Shown: one piece after another, positions 61,927 to 64,000 of the stretch
Layout of the letters: the number at the start of each line of letters is the position of its first letter
Position numbering within the stretch: the first letter of the stretch is position 1
NCBI GenBank assembly: GCA_963716175.1
Contig: OY970296.1
Span: 416,001 to 480,000, forward strand
Direction of reading: 5' to 3'
Source: an uncultured Armatimonadetes bacterium
Lineage (GTDB): Bacteria > Armatimonadota > Hebobacteria > Hebobacterales > Hebobacteraceae
Length of the DNA stretch: 64,000 nucleotides
Notes under the pieces: generated by a model
Seen by the model: only the letters and a program-made list of their open reading frames with translations
What the model was told of the DNA's origin: nothing
The model's database searches: none
Translations under genes and position numbers: made by a program

Positions 61927-62553
61927 TCACTGGCCCAGGCCGAGAGTTCGCCTCCGCCCTCCCCGCTGCAGCGTTACGCTCTTGGCGCTGATCCTCACCA
62001 CTCGGTAGCCGCCCGAGATGGTGTCACCCTCGCGGACCAGGTACCGGCTCTCGCCTTGCCTTAGCACTGCCACCTTCCGCTCATCGCCCACCACGCCTGA
62101 GAGCCTGAGCACATTCGGAGGAGGACCGCCAGAGGTGCCGGCGGCCAGCTGAGGCCCGCCAAATGGCAGCAACGGCGGCAGGGGCCCTCGTGCGTCCACA
62201 CTTGCCCGCGCCACTACCCGCTTGACGCCGGCGCGCTGGCGAGTGGGAACGACCTTCACAGGCAGGCGGCCCGTGACCTGTGGTTGGGGAGCTCCTGGCG
62301 AAGTAGAAGTATTGGCACTGAGCGCAGACCCCTCGCCCGGAGGACCGGACTCCCGTAGGCGGCGGTTAGCCGCTGGCTTCGGGTTGACCGGGGACAAGGC
62401 CGGCTGGGGTGTCTGCGTGATCCGCACTCGATCAGCTGGAACTGCGAGCCTGAGAGGCGCGCCGGAGTGGCTCGTGACGGCGCCGATGACGATTACCACC
62501 AGGGCCGCCGCGAAGACAAGCAAGCTGGATAGGTTCCGCGTAGTGGACTTCAT
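61927..62553 (-). CDS. Single-TM protein with C-terminal PilP/GspC-like beta domain
   Basis: N-terminal TM, Pro-rich linker, LRLSGVVG..VAVL..YLVREGD.I..YRVVRI....VTL. Confidence 0.65.
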   Translation of the reverse strand: MKSTTRNLSSLLVFAAALVVIVIGAVTSHSGAPLRLAVPADRVRITQTPQPALSPVNPKPAANRRLRESGPPGEGSALSANTSTSPGAPQPQVTGRLPVKVVPTRQRAGVKRVVARASVDARGPLPPLLPFGGPQLAAGTSGGPPPNVLRLSGVVGDERKVAVLRQGESRYLVREGDTISGGYRVVRISAKSVTLQRGGRRRTLGLGQ

Positions 62554-62782
62554 GATCTCCCTCCCGGCGACCACGGCCTCCGTGCCGCTTCATACCATAA
62601 CCAGGGCGTGATCCCACACAGAAGAGGCGGCCCCAGGCAGCGCGAATCTGTGCCCAGGGCGCCTGGCTTGCCGGCTCCCGGCTGGTTATGGAATATAGCC
62701 CTTGGCCCCGGAGCGGTGGGGCCTGCGCGCCGCAGACTCATGGGATTCTGCGGACGCGTGCCATTGGGAGGTGCGGGTCGGC

Positions 62783-63680
62783 ATGAGGTCTCATGCCGGA
62801 GAGAGCCACACCCGCTCCCAGCGGCTAGTGGCGCGGGAGAACCAGGTGGTCAGGCGAGCAGCTCTCGAAAACACCCGGTGCGACGCTGAGGGATACCGTC
62901 GCCTCTGGCGGCGCGACCCGCACTCACTTCGCTTCGCCGAGCTGGCCGACTTGGCCCGCCGCCAGGGCCACCTCCCGCAGGCGGCAGCACTCTCCGCGCG
63001 CGGGCTCCTGCTGCACCCGGGCTATGCCACCGGGCGCGTGGTAATGGGCGATATCTTCTGGGATCAGAACCTGGAGCACAGGGCCGAGCAGGAATGGCAG
63101 GAAGCGCTGCGGATTGACCCTCGGCATCCTCGGGCTCATCTCCGCCTGGGTGAACTCTACCTGCGCCGCGGCGATCTTCCCCGCGCGGGCCGCGGTGGAG
63201 GCGGCGCTCATCTGGAACCCGGAATCGGCCGAAGCGCGAGCCCTGCTGGCAAGAGTGAGTGGGCGCCCATCCGCTCCTGCTGAGGCAGGTGCTGCGCGCG
63301 CTGCCCCGCCCGCGATGTCGCCGGCGAGGTGCGAAGAAGTGCTAGCGGCCGTCTCCGCCTGCATCTCGGTGTCGCGCGCGGCTGTGGTCAACTCCGACGG
63401 CTCGACAGTTGCCGGGACCGACGCCCACCCGGAGGCAGGGTCGGCGGCGGTGGCGCAACTGATCCGCGAAGCCCGGAGGATAACGCCCCAGCTCGGTGGG
63501 GGGCGGCTGCGAGGCGCGCTGCTGCAAGGCACCGGGGGCAGCCTGCGCTGTCTCGTGCTGGAGCAGCTGCTGCTGATTGCTGGACTTGAGCCTGGGGTTT
63601 CGCCGAGCGCGGCCGATGCTGAGATCGAACAGGCCATTGCCGGCCTGGGTGGCTGTCAGGGGGAGCAGGCGTATGCCTGA
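62783..63680 (+). CDS. TPR + roadblock/LC7 domain protein, frameshifted near 63186
   Basis: TPR (LA..AR..G, HPGY, ALRIDP..AHLRLGELY) continues as AVEAALIWNP..ARALL in another frame; roadblock-like AAVVNSDG, LGGGRL. Confidence 0.7.
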
Positions 63681-64000
63681 GGGGTCGCGATTCGAGCTGC
63701 CGCTCAATGTGCTGACCGCGACGCCAGGTGTGTGCGGAGGCGTGGTCGCCACTGATGACGGCCTGCCGCTGGCTGTGCGGCTCCAGGCCGGACACGACCA
63801 AGAGGCCCTATCGGCGGCCGCGGCGGTGCTCGGTCGTCTCGCGGCTATGGTCATTGCCACCCTCGATCGCGGGGAGCTCGAGCTCGGTGTGCTGGAGGGG
63901 GAGAAGCTGCGACTTATGGTCAGGCCGCTCTCGCTCGGCTTCCTCCTCGTGCTCACTGAGCCGGAGGCGAACCTCGGCCTGATCGCGCGCGAGATTGCGC
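63673..64000 (+). CDS. Roadblock/LC7 (MglB-like) protein, truncated at window end
   Basis: Manual translation MPEGSRFELPLNVLTATPGVCGGVVATDDGLPLA...ALSAAAA...LDRGEL...LLVLTEPEANLGLI. Confidence 0.85.
   Translation, partial: MPEGSRFELPLNVLTATPGVCGGVVATDDGLPLAVRLQAGHDQEALSAAAAVLGRLAAMVIATLDRGELELGVLEGEKLRLMVRPLSLGFLLVLTEPEANLGLIAREIA

Overview
High-GC bacterial chromosomal window with about 57 CDS and 2 tRNAs. No integrase, transposase, prophage gene, rRNA or CRISPR array was seen. Gene content resembles an Armatimonadota-like genome (inference only). From left to right: (1) a signalling trio (receiver, Hanks Ser/Thr kinase with Zn-ribbon tail, FHA-GAF-histidine kinase); (2) an AmmeMemoRadiSam operon (Memo-AMMECR1 fusion, DUF362-like protein, radical SAM enzyme, membrane spermidine-synthase-like protein) whose first three products carry N-terminal export-type signals; (3) a sugar-catabolism region (Gfo/Idh/MocA, URO-D family, PL26/YetA-like lyase with a duplicated domain, LsrG-like, TIM-barrel epimerase, fucose-isomerase family, ribulokinase, Zn-dehydrogenase) containing tRNA-Arg(UCG); (4) mixed genes including a rubredoxin missing from the ORF track, a candidate C-rich sRNA, tRNA-Pro(CGG), a degenerate histidine kinase and an orphan double-ZAS anti-sigma factor; (5) an 18.6-kb Wzm/Wzt surface-glycan cluster (40411-59035) whose enzymes share two recurring accessory modules; (6) an ECF sigma/anti-sigma/carbohydrate-binding-bactofilin-like operon; (7) a roadblock/LC7 pair running off the right end. 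REP-like palindromes are common, and several sit in frame inside coding sequences. Four genes have single frameshifts that may be assembly errors. All assignments come from motif recognition by eye; no database searches were run.
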